Assembly: GCA_050015675.1 (NCBI GenBank) | Contig: JBEKAY010000005.1 | Span: 52,641-116,640, forward strand | Direction: 5' to 3' | Length of the DNA: 64,000 nucleotides | DNA from: Bacteroidota bacterium | Lineage (GTDB): Bacteria > Bacteroidota > Ignavibacteria > UBA10030 | Shown here: piece after piece, positions 17,636-26,075 of the stretch | Position numbering within the stretch: the stretch's first letter is position 1 | Layout of the letters: each line of letters starts with the position of its first letter | Position numbers and translations under genes: made by a program | Notes under the pieces: generated by a model | Database searches by the model: none | Seen by the model: the letters and a program-made list of their open reading frames with translations, nothing else | Told to the model about the DNA's origin: nothing

Positions 17636-19084
17636 ATGTCGATCAAAGTATTTATTCCGACTCCCCTCCGGCCCTATACCGAGAAACAGGATATTGTTGA
17701 AGTAGAAGGGAAAACTGTAGAAGAAGCGCTGAAGAATCTCACATCAAAATACCGCCCGTTGCAGCAGCATCTTTATTCAGAACAAGGCTCGCTGCGCAGT
17801 TATGTCAATATCTATGTCAACGACAGCGATATTCGATATTTATCAAAAGAGAAAACGCCCGTGAAAGAAACGGATTCCATCAGTATTATTCCATCCATTG
17901 CAGGCGGAGTCGAAATAGCTGAAGCGGAGGTTGAAGAAGGAGTTCAACTGTCGAAAGAAGAAATCCTTCGCTACAGCCGGCATCTCATCATTCCTGAAGT
18001 AGGAATGAATGGACAGAAGAAATTAAAAGCTGCAAGTGTACTTCTCATCGGCGCAGGCGGACTTGGCTCGCCGCTGGCGCTGTATCTCGCTGCAGCAGGA
18101 GTAGGTAGAATCGGTATTGTGGACTTTGATGTTGTCGATGAAACCAACTTACAGCGCCAGATTATGCATACGACGAACGATATCGGAAGATCGAAACTTG
18201 AATCTGCCAGGGAATCAATCATAGAGATAAATCCTAATGTGAAAGTCGAAACATATCCAATACGTTTGTCATCAGACAATGCCCTGGAGCTGTTCAAGGA
18301 CTATGATGTCATTGTGGACGGCACGGACAATTTTCCAACACGCTATCTGGTCAACGATGCATGCGTACTGCTCGGCAAACCGAATGTGTACGGATCTATC
18401 TTCCGGTTTGATGGACAGGTGACTGTCTTTGATTCAAATCGTGGGCCATGCTATCGGTGTCTTTACCCGACACCACCTCCGCCCGGACTCGTTCCGAGCT
18501 GTGCAGAAGGAGGCGTGTTAGGAGTTCTGCCGGGAATTATCGGCACGCTTCAGGCATTGGAGACAATCAAGTTGATTCTTGGAGAAGGCGAACCACTCAT
18601 CGGGCGGCTCGTATTGTTCGACGCTCTCAAACTCAAGTTCCGTGAATTTACTCTTAAAAAGAATCCCGAGTGTCCGGTGTGCGGCACTGCTCCAACGATT
18701 CATCGGTTGATTGACTATGAACAATTTTGCGGAATAGAACCGCCCATCAAACCAAAATTTAATTTTGGCGCATCGGAAATTTCTGTGGAAGAATTAAAAA
18801 GCCGTTTGGACCATGGCGATGATCTCTATATTCTCGATGTGCGCGAGCCGAACGAGTACGAAATTGCAAACCTTGGCGGACACTTGATTCCATTAGCAGA
18901 ACTACCAGAACGCATATCCGAGCTCGATCCGGATAAAGAGATCATTGTCCATTGTAAATCCGGCGGAAGGAGTGCAAGAGCTGTGCGGTTTCTCCAAAAA
19001 GCGGGATTCGCAAACGCGAAGAACCTTGCCGGCGGTATCGACGCATGGGCTCAACGAATCGATCCTCGGGTACCCCGCTATTGA
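17636..19084 (+). CDS. fusion protein: MoaD/ThiS-like beta-grasp sulfur carrier + ThiF/MoeB E1-like adenylyltransferase + rhodanese domain (MoeZ-like)
   Basis: - Residues 1-91 end in '...SISIIPSIAGG' (GG encoded at 17903-17908).
- E1 part: 'LLIGAGGLGSPLALYLAAAGVG', 'DFDVVDETNLQRQ' and the zinc pairs 'CYRC' and 'CPVC'.
- C-terminal rhodanese with 'HCKSGGRSARA'. Confidence 0.9.
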   Translation: MSIKVFIPTPLRPYTEKQDIVEVEGKTVEEALKNLTSKYRPLQQHLYSEQGSLRSYVNIYVNDSDIRYLSKEKTPVKETDSISIIPSIAGGVEIAEAEVEEGVQLSKEEILRYSRHLIIPEVGMNGQKKLKAASVLLIGAGGLGSPLALYLAAAGVGRIGIVDFDVVDETNLQRQIMHTTNDIGRSKLESARESIIEINPNVKVETYPIRLSSDNALELFKDYDVIVDGTDNFPTRYLVNDACVLLGKPNVYGSIFRFDGQVTVFDSNRGPCYRCLYPTPPPPGLVPSCAEGGVLGVLPGIIGTLQALETIKLILGEGEPLIGRLVLFDALKLKFREFTLKKNPECPVCGTAPTIHRLIDYEQFCGIEPPIKPKFNFGASEISVEELKSRLDHGDDLYILDVREPNEYEIANLGGHLIPLAELPERISELDPDKEIIVHCKSGGRSARAVRFLQKAGFANAKNLAGGIDAWAQRIDPRVPRY

Positions 19085-19237
19085 CAATGGTTTAAATCCC
19101 GTTGCTACCTCGTGGGTGCTTAATTGAAAGTTATTTGAAAAGTCTTTTAAAATCATTATCATTGTACAAATAATAAACCGTTTGTTCTGGCCCCGAAAGC
19201 TTTCAGGATTAGCAACAACAACATTAGGAGTATCAAA

Positions 19238-21325
19238 ATGAGAACAAAAGTTATCCTATTAACGCTTTTATTGAACACATTACTATTCATTGATTCATTA
19301 GCTCAAAAAATGCCTCTCGTCTATGATGTTGAGAATACAGGTGCGGACTGTCCGATACCGTATTTGCCTTCATTCAACGAACTTCCTACCATCCAGGCTT
19401 TACCCGACCCGTTTGAGTGGGCCGATGGCAGAGGTCGCATCTCAAACTTCTTCGATTGGCGGTACCGGCGTGCTGAGATCAAAGCTCAGATCCAAAATTA
19501 TGAGATTGGACCCAAGCCAGCTGTTGATCCATCACAAGTTACTGCCAGTTACTCTGGTGGAACACTCACAGTGAATGTAACTGTGAATGGACAGACGCTC
19601 ACGCTGACTTCGCAAGTTATCCTCCCATCGGGGAGCGGCCCCTTCCCTGCAGTGATCGGTATGCTTCAAAGTATCCCGTCTACCATCTTTAGCAGTCGCA
19701 ATATTGCACAAATCACTTTCAACTATAATCAGGTAACGACTGATGGCAGCGCGAACAATACGAACCCCTACTACCGGCTTTACCCTTATCTTAACATTGA
19801 TAATACGGGACAATACAGCGCATGGGCTTGGGGAGTCAGCCGTATAATCGATGGCTTGGAATTGGTTCAGAATGTTCTCCCCATAGATCTAAAGCACATA
19901 GCCGTTTCCGGTTGCTCCCGTGGTGGCAAAATGGCACTCTTTGCCGGGGCGCTTGACGAGCGTGTTGCACTTACAATTGCCCAAGAGTCGGGTGGCGGTG
20001 GCGCCACGTCGTGGCGATACTCGCAGTCCGAGCCTAATGGTACCGTGGAAAAGATAGATAATACAGATCACAATTGGTTTATGAATTCCATGACCCAATT
20101 TTCCAGCAATAATGTTTCGTACCTCCCAGAGGATCATCATGAGTTAATGGCAATGTGTGCGCCCCGTGCGTTGTACGTTACGGCAAACCCGGATTATACA
20201 TGGCTGTCAAATCCGTCGTGCTACGTCTGTAGTAAGGCTTGTCAGCAGGTCTATAATACTCTTGGCATAGCCGATAGGTTCGGTTTTTCCATTGTCGGCG
20301 GACATCAGCACTGCCAGTTCCCGAGCAGCCAAATACCGGAAATTCAAGCCTTTGTGGATAAGTTCCTACTTGGCAAGGCAGGCGTAAGGACGAACGTCGC
20401 TACAACTCCGTATAATACCGACCTTTCCCGCTGGATTACGTGGACTACACCAGCACTTTCTAACGATACATCTTTTTTTGGATCGGCATCTTTAATCTAT
20501 CCTACGAATCTTCAAATAGGTGTGGATTCAAATATTACCGTTAAATGGACCACGGTAAAAGATGCACAAAAGTATTTTATCCAATTATCAATAGACCCGA
20601 CATTTACAACCATTGATAAGAGTGATTCAACGACTACAGATACTGTAAAAACATTCACCGGCTTATTAGAAAATAAAAAATACTATTGGCGTGTCCTAGT
20701 AAAAAGTACTGCTGGTTTAGGTCCATGGAGCGAACAATGGAGCTTTATCACAGAACTACCACCAGCTAAGCCGCAATTAGTTGATGCCATACCAATTCAA
20801 AATCAACCCTCTGTAACATTTAGGTGGAAACAAGTAAAAGACGCTGATCAATATTTTATCCAAGTATCTTACATGCAGAGCTTCGGTGCTTTAAATAATA
20901 GAGATTCTACAACATCAGATACCGTCAAAACTTTAACGGGCTTTTATGAAGGACAAAATTTCTATTGGAGAGTTCAAGCAAAAAATCTTGCGGGCTTTGG
21001 TCCATGGAGCGATGCATCGAATTTTACTGTAACTTCAGTTGTTAAAGAAGAAGAAATACCAACAGAGTATTCAATAAGTCAGAACTATCCCAACCCATTC
21101 AACCCGACTACAAAATTAAAATTTGCTTTGCCGCAAAGGTCGCTAACAAAACTGATTATTTACGATCTCCTTGGTAGAGAAGTACAGACCCTAATAAATA
21201 AAGAGCTAGAAGCGGGTTATCACGAAATTAATTTCGATGCAAACAAAATCCCAAGCGGAATCTATTTCTACAGAATTCAATCCGGAGATTTTATTCAGAC
21301 AAAGAAAATGATTCTAATCAAATAA
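19238..21325 (+). CDS. secreted CE15-type glucuronoyl esterase with two Fn3-like repeats and a T9SS C-terminal sorting domain
   Basis: - Signal peptide, then the CE15 nucleophile motif 'GCSRGGK' (19910-19930).
- Two ~90-aa repeats (about 20489-20752 and 20753-21031) sharing 'KW..VKDA..YFIQ.S......D..T.DT.KT.TG.......YWRV.......GPWS'.
- Tail 'QNYPNPFNP...IYDLLGREV...GIYFYRIQSGDFIQTKKMILIK'. Confidence 0.85.
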   Translation: MRTKVILLTLLLNTLLFIDSLAQKMPLVYDVENTGADCPIPYLPSFNELPTIQALPDPFEWADGRGRISNFFDWRYRRAEIKAQIQNYEIGPKPAVDPSQVTASYSGGTLTVNVTVNGQTLTLTSQVILPSGSGPFPAVIGMLQSIPSTIFSSRNIAQITFNYNQVTTDGSANNTNPYYRLYPYLNIDNTGQYSAWAWGVSRIIDGLELVQNVLPIDLKHIAVSGCSRGGKMALFAGALDERVALTIAQESGGGGATSWRYSQSEPNGTVEKIDNTDHNWFMNSMTQFSSNNVSYLPEDHHELMAMCAPRALYVTANPDYTWLSNPSCYVCSKACQQVYNTLGIADRFGFSIVGGHQHCQFPSSQIPEIQAFVDKFLLGKAGVRTNVATTPYNTDLSRWITWTTPALSNDTSFFGSASLIYPTNLQIGVDSNITVKWTTVKDAQKYFIQLSIDPTFTTIDKSDSTTTDTVKTFTGLLENKKYYWRVLVKSTAGLGPWSEQWSFITELPPAKPQLVDAIPIQNQPSVTFRWKQVKDADQYFIQVSYMQSFGALNNRDSTTSDTVKTLTGFYEGQNFYWRVQAKNLAGFGPWSDASNFTVTSVVKEEEIPTEYSISQNYPNPFNPTTKLKFALPQRSLTKLIIYDLLGREVQTLINKELEAGYHEINFDANKIPSGIYFYRIQSGDFIQTKKMILIK
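21080..21325 (+). repeat. T9SS C-terminal sorting-domain cassette, copy A
   Basis: By my codon-by-codon hand alignment it shows 36 mismatches in 246 nt against 25788..26033. The catalytic parts of the two genes are unrelated. Confidence 0.75.
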
Positions 21326-21653
21326 GACTAAGGCTAACATGCCGATTAGCACGAACAGCGTTATTCGTTAATGCAGCTTGAGTACCATTTTGTTTCCTAA
21401 CTGACCAATCGATATACATATATTAGATTTATTATTTTGTGATTCTTCAAATAAACTAGAATCCTGTTGTCGGTTGTACTCCAATAAGTGAAACGTGTAA
21501 CCATTGTATAGCCGAAATAACTCTGCACATATATCTGGACGATAACGTAATGGTAGATCGAAATGGATTTAATCTAAATGACGCACAACCAGGCGCTCAA
21601 GTGGCGCCGGAAGTACCGTGCGTTAGGGCGCGGACAAATGTTATAATAAAAGA

Positions 21654-22052
21654 CTATCGGTGAGAAAATCGGGTTGAGTGTTCTGCAAGCCAAGATGAGA
21701 GTTGCGCTTTAGAGAGTTTACCTGATGCAAGAGTCATCATCATAACGTAGGATTCTTCTTCATTAGCAGATATTTCCCAACCGTTCTTTTGAAGGAAAAT
21801 GTCCATTAATACAAATGCGACTCTCTTATTCCCATCAACGAATGGATGATTCATACAAATATGGAATCCATTAGCGGCTGCTTTATCAAAAATTGTCCTA
21901 TGTGTATATTTTCCACGTATTGTCATTTTGGGCTGAACAAGCGCAGATTCCAAAAGATTCCTATCACGAAGTCCTTTTTCTCCGCCATATCGTTGCAATA
22001 AGTCCGTATGAATCGTGATGACAATCTCTTCAGGTATGAAATGAATGGACAT
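21654..22052 (-). CDS. doc: Doc (death-on-curing) / Fic-family toxin
   Basis: 132 aa with the Fic/Doc motif 'HPFVDGNKR'. Its start overlaps the antitoxin stop (TAATG). Confidence 0.9.
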   Translation of the reverse strand: MSIHFIPEEIVITIHTDLLQRYGGEKGLRDRNLLESALVQPKMTIRGKYTHRTIFDKAAANGFHICMNHPFVDGNKRVAFVLMDIFLQKNGWEISANEEESYVMMMTLASGKLSKAQLSSWLAEHSTRFSHR

Positions 22053-22276
22053 TATTTAGCCAGAGCTTTGAGAGTATTTCGAAAGTGCTTGTTTGTGCGT
22101 TCGTATGCTTTTGCCCACTCGGAGAATTTAGGACTAAATGGAGTCAGAATAACACCTTCATCGGTTTCGATGAGATGTAATTCGTCTCCTTCATTGAGAT
22201 TATAGTTAGCAATGATAGTCCTCGGCAGCGTAATGCCAAGGCTATTACCTATACGACGCAAAGCAGTTTTGAGCAT
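22052..22276 (-). CDS. AbrB/MazE/SpoVT-type antitoxin
   Basis: 74 aa. 'RRIGNSLGITLPRTII...EGDELHLIETDEGVILTP' is the swapped-hairpin AbrB/MazE pattern. It lies directly upstream of doc. Confidence 0.8.
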   Translation of the reverse strand: MLKTALRRIGNSLGITLPRTIIANYNLNEGDELHLIETDEGVILTPFSPKFSEWAKAYERTNKHFRNTLKALAK

Positions 22277-22355
22277 CGGTTTATTCCTTATGATTTTGAT
22301 ATATTATAACAATTGTATTACTCATAATCAAATGTTTCTGCGCCTTCCAAGAAAC

Positions 22356-22623
22356 TCATTGAGTGGCTGTAGGGATGGGTTGAAATCCTAAGGATTTGGC
22401 TTTGTCGTTAAGGTGACGGAGAAAGCGGACTTTATATTTTTCGTTGTAATAATCTACACCGAGGTCAACATAATCAACTTTGTCTTTGAGCATTTTGTAG
22501 ATAATGCGAGGAATTTAACAGGCAGTGGCTTTGAGAGCATGTCTAAATCCCTTTCTTTGCTTTCATCCGTTTGTAAAAGACAGAGAGTGCAGAATGTTTA
22601 TTAGCGGCAATGTGTCCTGAAAC
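22356..22623 (-). pseudogene. C-terminal remnant of an IS110-family transposase (frameshifted, internal stop)
   Basis: - The minus strand reads ...SGHIAANKHSALSVFYKRMKAKKG, then a 1-nt frameshift, then FRHALKATAC*IPRIIYKMLKDKVDYVDLGVDYYNEKYKVRFLRHLNDKAKSLGFQPIPTATQ*.
- This matches the conserved IS110 tail (..FY.Rl.aR.G.kkAi.A.ArKl..iiY.mLk....Y......Y........l..L...A..LGf).
- TAA at 22515-22517 replaces the expected Arg-Lys. The N-terminal catalytic part is absent. Confidence 0.6.
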
Positions 22624-22736
22624 TTAGGGGGTGTTGATACTTTTGCAATCGCAAAAAACTAATATAAATTATAGTGATTTATAAAACTTTCGATGGTTGT
22701 TTATTTACTAATTATAATATGAGGATATGCGTAATT

Positions 22737-24170
22737 ATGAAAACTACTTTTACATTGATTTTTATTTCGTTGATTCTTTCTTTCCACTCTCTTTGCGCTC
22801 AACAAAATCAAAAAAACAGGGTAATTATCTTAACCGATATCGAAGCTGATCCGGACGATACACAATCCTTAATTCGTTTGCTTTTGTATTCCAGTGTCAT
22901 AGATATAGAAGGATTCATTGCCACCACCTCCACTCACCAAAAGACCAAAGTAGCCCCTGAATCTATAAAAAAAGTAATTTATGCATATGGCAAGGTACAA
23001 GTTAACCTGAAAAAGCATGAAGCGGGTTATCCTGATGCTGAAGCGCTCATGATGCTGGTAAAGCAAGGAATACCAGAGTATGGTATGCAGGGAGTTGGCA
23101 AGGGGAAAGATTCAGAAGGTTCAGATTGGATTATAAAAGTACTGGAAAAAAACGACGAGCGTCCGCTCTGGATTTCCGTTTGGGGAGGCACCAATACCCT
23201 AGCTCAGGCACTTTATAAAATCAGAAAAACAAAAAATGAAATAGAAACTAAAAAGTTGATTGCAAAACTAAGAGTCTATACTATCTCCGATCAAGATGAT
23301 AGCGGAATATGGATTAGAAATAATTTCCCTGATCTGTTTTATATTGTCAGTCCGGGTAGTTATGGAAATTCAACATGGATTGCTATCAATCAGTTTGTGT
23401 CAGGTATAAATAATGAAATGATTAGCAATAAATGGTTGGCGCAAAACATCCAACAATGCCACGGACAGCTTGGCGCCTTGTATCCTGATGTAGCCTATGG
23501 AATGGAGGGAGATACCCCATCTTGGTTGTCTTTAATTCCGAATGGATTAAGTGTGCCGGAACATCCGGACTGGGGAGGTTGGGGTGGTCGTTATGAACTA
23601 TTCTTACCTGAGTATTCATCTTTGGATACCGGAGGATTTACAGGTGGAGTGCCAGTAGAACCCGAGACCCGAGCCATCTGGACTAATTCAGTTGATAGAT
23701 ATATACCGTTTGTTTATAATGAATGTGGACGTGCAGTTAGAAAGGATACTGTTTCATTCACCAATAATAAAGTTACTTTGTGGCGCTGGAGAGATGATTT
23801 TCAAAATGATTTTGCAGCTCGCATGGATTGGTGCACTAAGTCATATCAGGAAGCCAATCATCCACCTATTCCAGCATTAGGACACGCTGAACAAATAAAC
23901 GCAAAATCTGGTGAGGTCTTTAGTTTGGATGCCAGTGGTACTACCGACCCGGATGGAGATAATCTCAGTTACTTATGGTTTCAATATCCAGAGGCAGGTT
24001 CATATAAAAAATTGATAAAAATTAATTCGGCAGAAAATTTATACAAGGTTTTTGTGTTAGCTCCTGATGTTGAAAAAAAAGAAACTGCTCATTTCATTTT
24101 AAAAGTTACAGACAAGGGTAAACCACCATTATCAAGATACAAACGGGTAATTGTGAATATAATACCATAA
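22737..24170 (+). CDS. secreted DUF1593 protein (nucleoside-hydrolase-like N-domain + Ig-like C-domain)
   Basis: Signal peptide 'MKTTFTLIFISLILSFHSLCAQ', then 'RVIILTDIEADPDDTQSLIRLLLYS', characteristic of DUF1593. The C-terminal 'DASGTTDPDGDNLSYLWFQYPEAG' is Ig-like. No T9SS tail. Confidence 0.7.
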   Translation: MKTTFTLIFISLILSFHSLCAQQNQKNRVIILTDIEADPDDTQSLIRLLLYSSVIDIEGFIATTSTHQKTKVAPESIKKVIYAYGKVQVNLKKHEAGYPDAEALMMLVKQGIPEYGMQGVGKGKDSEGSDWIIKVLEKNDERPLWISVWGGTNTLAQALYKIRKTKNEIETKKLIAKLRVYTISDQDDSGIWIRNNFPDLFYIVSPGSYGNSTWIAINQFVSGINNEMISNKWLAQNIQQCHGQLGALYPDVAYGMEGDTPSWLSLIPNGLSVPEHPDWGGWGGRYELFLPEYSSLDTGGFTGGVPVEPETRAIWTNSVDRYIPFVYNECGRAVRKDTVSFTNNKVTLWRWRDDFQNDFAARMDWCTKSYQEANHPPIPALGHAEQINAKSGEVFSLDASGTTDPDGDNLSYLWFQYPEAGSYKKLIKINSAENLYKVFVLAPDVEKKETAHFILKVTDKGKPPLSRYKRVIVNIIP

Positions 24171-24318
24171 TAGAATAACGCAGCCACTAACATTTTCCGA
24201 ACGCGTTACAAATGCGCAATAGAATGGGTTGATAGATAAACGAATTATACAATACCTTTGTTATCGGTATTAATTTTATTATTATTGTTTACCAATAATA
24301 TTTTTTAGGAAAACAAAA

Positions 24319-24387
24319 ATGAGAACAAAACCGATCCTGTTATTACATCTGAACGCACTTGTGGTTGCTAATTCATTAAACATGTAA
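24319..24387 (+). pseudogene. 22-codon relic resembling the start/signal peptide of the CE15 gene
   Basis: MRTKPILLLHLNALVVANSLNM* compared with the CE15 N-terminus MRTKVILLTLLLNTLLFIDSLAQKM. The first 12 nt (ATGAGAACAAAA) are identical and the A-rich lead-in is similar. Confidence 0.35.
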
Positions 24388-24434
24388 CCTATAAAAGAGT
24401 TATCATACTTAATAGTATATTAAATAGAAATGTT

Positions 24435-26033
24435 ATGAAAGAACAAAAAATGCATGCAAGAATATTCTTATTGATAGCATTACTCTTATTAACCACGAAC
24501 GTGTATTCACAAGATCCGAATTTTTACATTTTCCTCTGCTTCGGACAGTCAAACATGGAAGGTCAAGGAGCAATTCAAGCACAAGACAGGACAGAGGATA
24601 ATCGTTTCCAGGTTATGGAGGCTGTTGATTGTTCAAACCTGGGAAGGATAATGGGGTCCTGGTACACCGCTACTCCTCCGTTGTGCAGATGCTACAACGG
24701 CCTTAGCCCTGCCGATTATTTTGGCAGAACGATGGTTGCAAACCTTCCAGATAGCATCAGAGTAGGTGTTATCAATGTCTCTGTAGCCGGCTGCGGAATT
24801 GAACTGTTCGACAAAGATAATTATCAGGCATATGTAGCAACGGCTCCGTCGTGGATGATTGATATAATCAATTCATATGGCGGAAACCCCTATGCGCATC
24901 TTGTCCAAATCGCAAAATTGGCTCAGAGAGATGGTGTCATCAAGGGTATTCTGTTACATCAGGGTGAGTCGAATGTGGGTGATTACGCATGGCCTTCAAA
25001 AGTCAAGGGAGTGTACGACAACCTGATTACTGACCTTGGGCTTGACCTCACCAAAGTGCCTCTACTCGCAGGTGAAGTGGTGAATGCTGATCAGGGAGGA
25101 GCTTGCGCAAGTGTGAATTCTATAATTGCAACGCTACCCCAGACTATTCCCAATTCATACGTCATTTCTTCGAAAGGTTGCACGGATACAACGGACAATT
25201 TGCATTTTAATTCGGCGGGTTACAGAAGACTTGGAACACGGTATGGGATGAAAATGCTTTCATTATTAGGTTATGATCCAAATACTTATCTGGAAGCTGA
25301 ATGTGCGTTCGTTGGTAAGAAATGGGAAATAAAAGCTGATACCCAGGCTTCAAATGGAAAGTATGTAACGATCAAATCCGGTTTAAACAGTACTTCTGCA
25401 GCACCGACCGATGATTCAAGCAGCATTTATATTCCCTTTACGGTGTATGGTGATTCGACCTTTTACATATTTGCACGGTTGAATTGTCCAACCCGTAATG
25501 ACGATTCATACTGGGTAAAAATGGACTATGGAGAGTTTGTGAAGTGCGATTCATTGACGACAAGCGGGTGGCAGTGGTTGAAATTAGGAAGTTACAATCT
25601 TACGAATGGTGATCACGACCTTCTCATTGCTTATTGCGAAGATGGTGCCAAACTTGATAAAATCTGCATTTCAAGTTATGACTACACTCCAACGGGAACC
25701 GGTAACGTAGCCATAAACATTTGTAACGTTGACCCTACAACAAGTGTGTTAAATTCAATGGAAACACCTGATGGTTATGCATTGGAACAGAATTATCCGA
25801 ATCCATTCAATCCAGCGACAAAAATAAAATTTGCTTTGCCGTTAAGGTCATTAACAAAACTGAGTATTTACGATCTCCTGGGCAGAGAAGTACAGATACT
25901 TATAAATAAAGAGTTAGAAGCAGGCTATCACGAAATAAATTTCGATGCAAATAGTTTCCCAAGCGGAATTTATTTCTACAAAATTCAATCTGGAGATTTT
26001 ATTCAAACAAAAAAAATGGTTTTAATGAAGTAG
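24435..26033 (+). CDS. secreted SASA/CE6-like carbohydrate O-acetylesterase + carbohydrate-binding-like module + T9SS sorting domain
   Basis: Signal peptide, then 'FLCFGQSNMEGQG' and 'LLHQGESN' (sialate O-acetylesterase / acetylxylan esterase-type SGNH). A mid-region beta-sandwich-like segment ('EAECAFVGKKWEI...ASNGKYV') is followed by the T9SS tail. Confidence 0.8.
   Translation: MKEQKMHARIFLLIALLLLTTNVYSQDPNFYIFLCFGQSNMEGQGAIQAQDRTEDNRFQVMEAVDCSNLGRIMGSWYTATPPLCRCYNGLSPADYFGRTMVANLPDSIRVGVINVSVAGCGIELFDKDNYQAYVATAPSWMIDIINSYGGNPYAHLVQIAKLAQRDGVIKGILLHQGESNVGDYAWPSKVKGVYDNLITDLGLDLTKVPLLAGEVVNADQGGACASVNSIIATLPQTIPNSYVISSKGCTDTTDNLHFNSAGYRRLGTRYGMKMLSLLGYDPNTYLEAECAFVGKKWEIKADTQASNGKYVTIKSGLNSTSAAPTDDSSSIYIPFTVYGDSTFYIFARLNCPTRNDDSYWVKMDYGEFVKCDSLTTSGWQWLKLGSYNLTNGDHDLLIAYCEDGAKLDKICISSYDYTPTGTGNVAINICNVDPTTSVLNSMETPDGYALEQNYPNPFNPATKIKFALPLRSLTKLSIYDLLGREVQILINKELEAGYHEINFDANSFPSGIYFYKIQSGDFIQTKKMVLMK
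25788..26033 (+). repeat. T9SS C-terminal sorting-domain cassette, copy B
   Basis: See copy A (21080..21325). About 85 percent nucleotide identity by hand count. Confidence 0.75.
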
Positions 26034-26075
26034 AAATAAATTCCATGGATAAATAGAAATAGAGAAAATATAATA

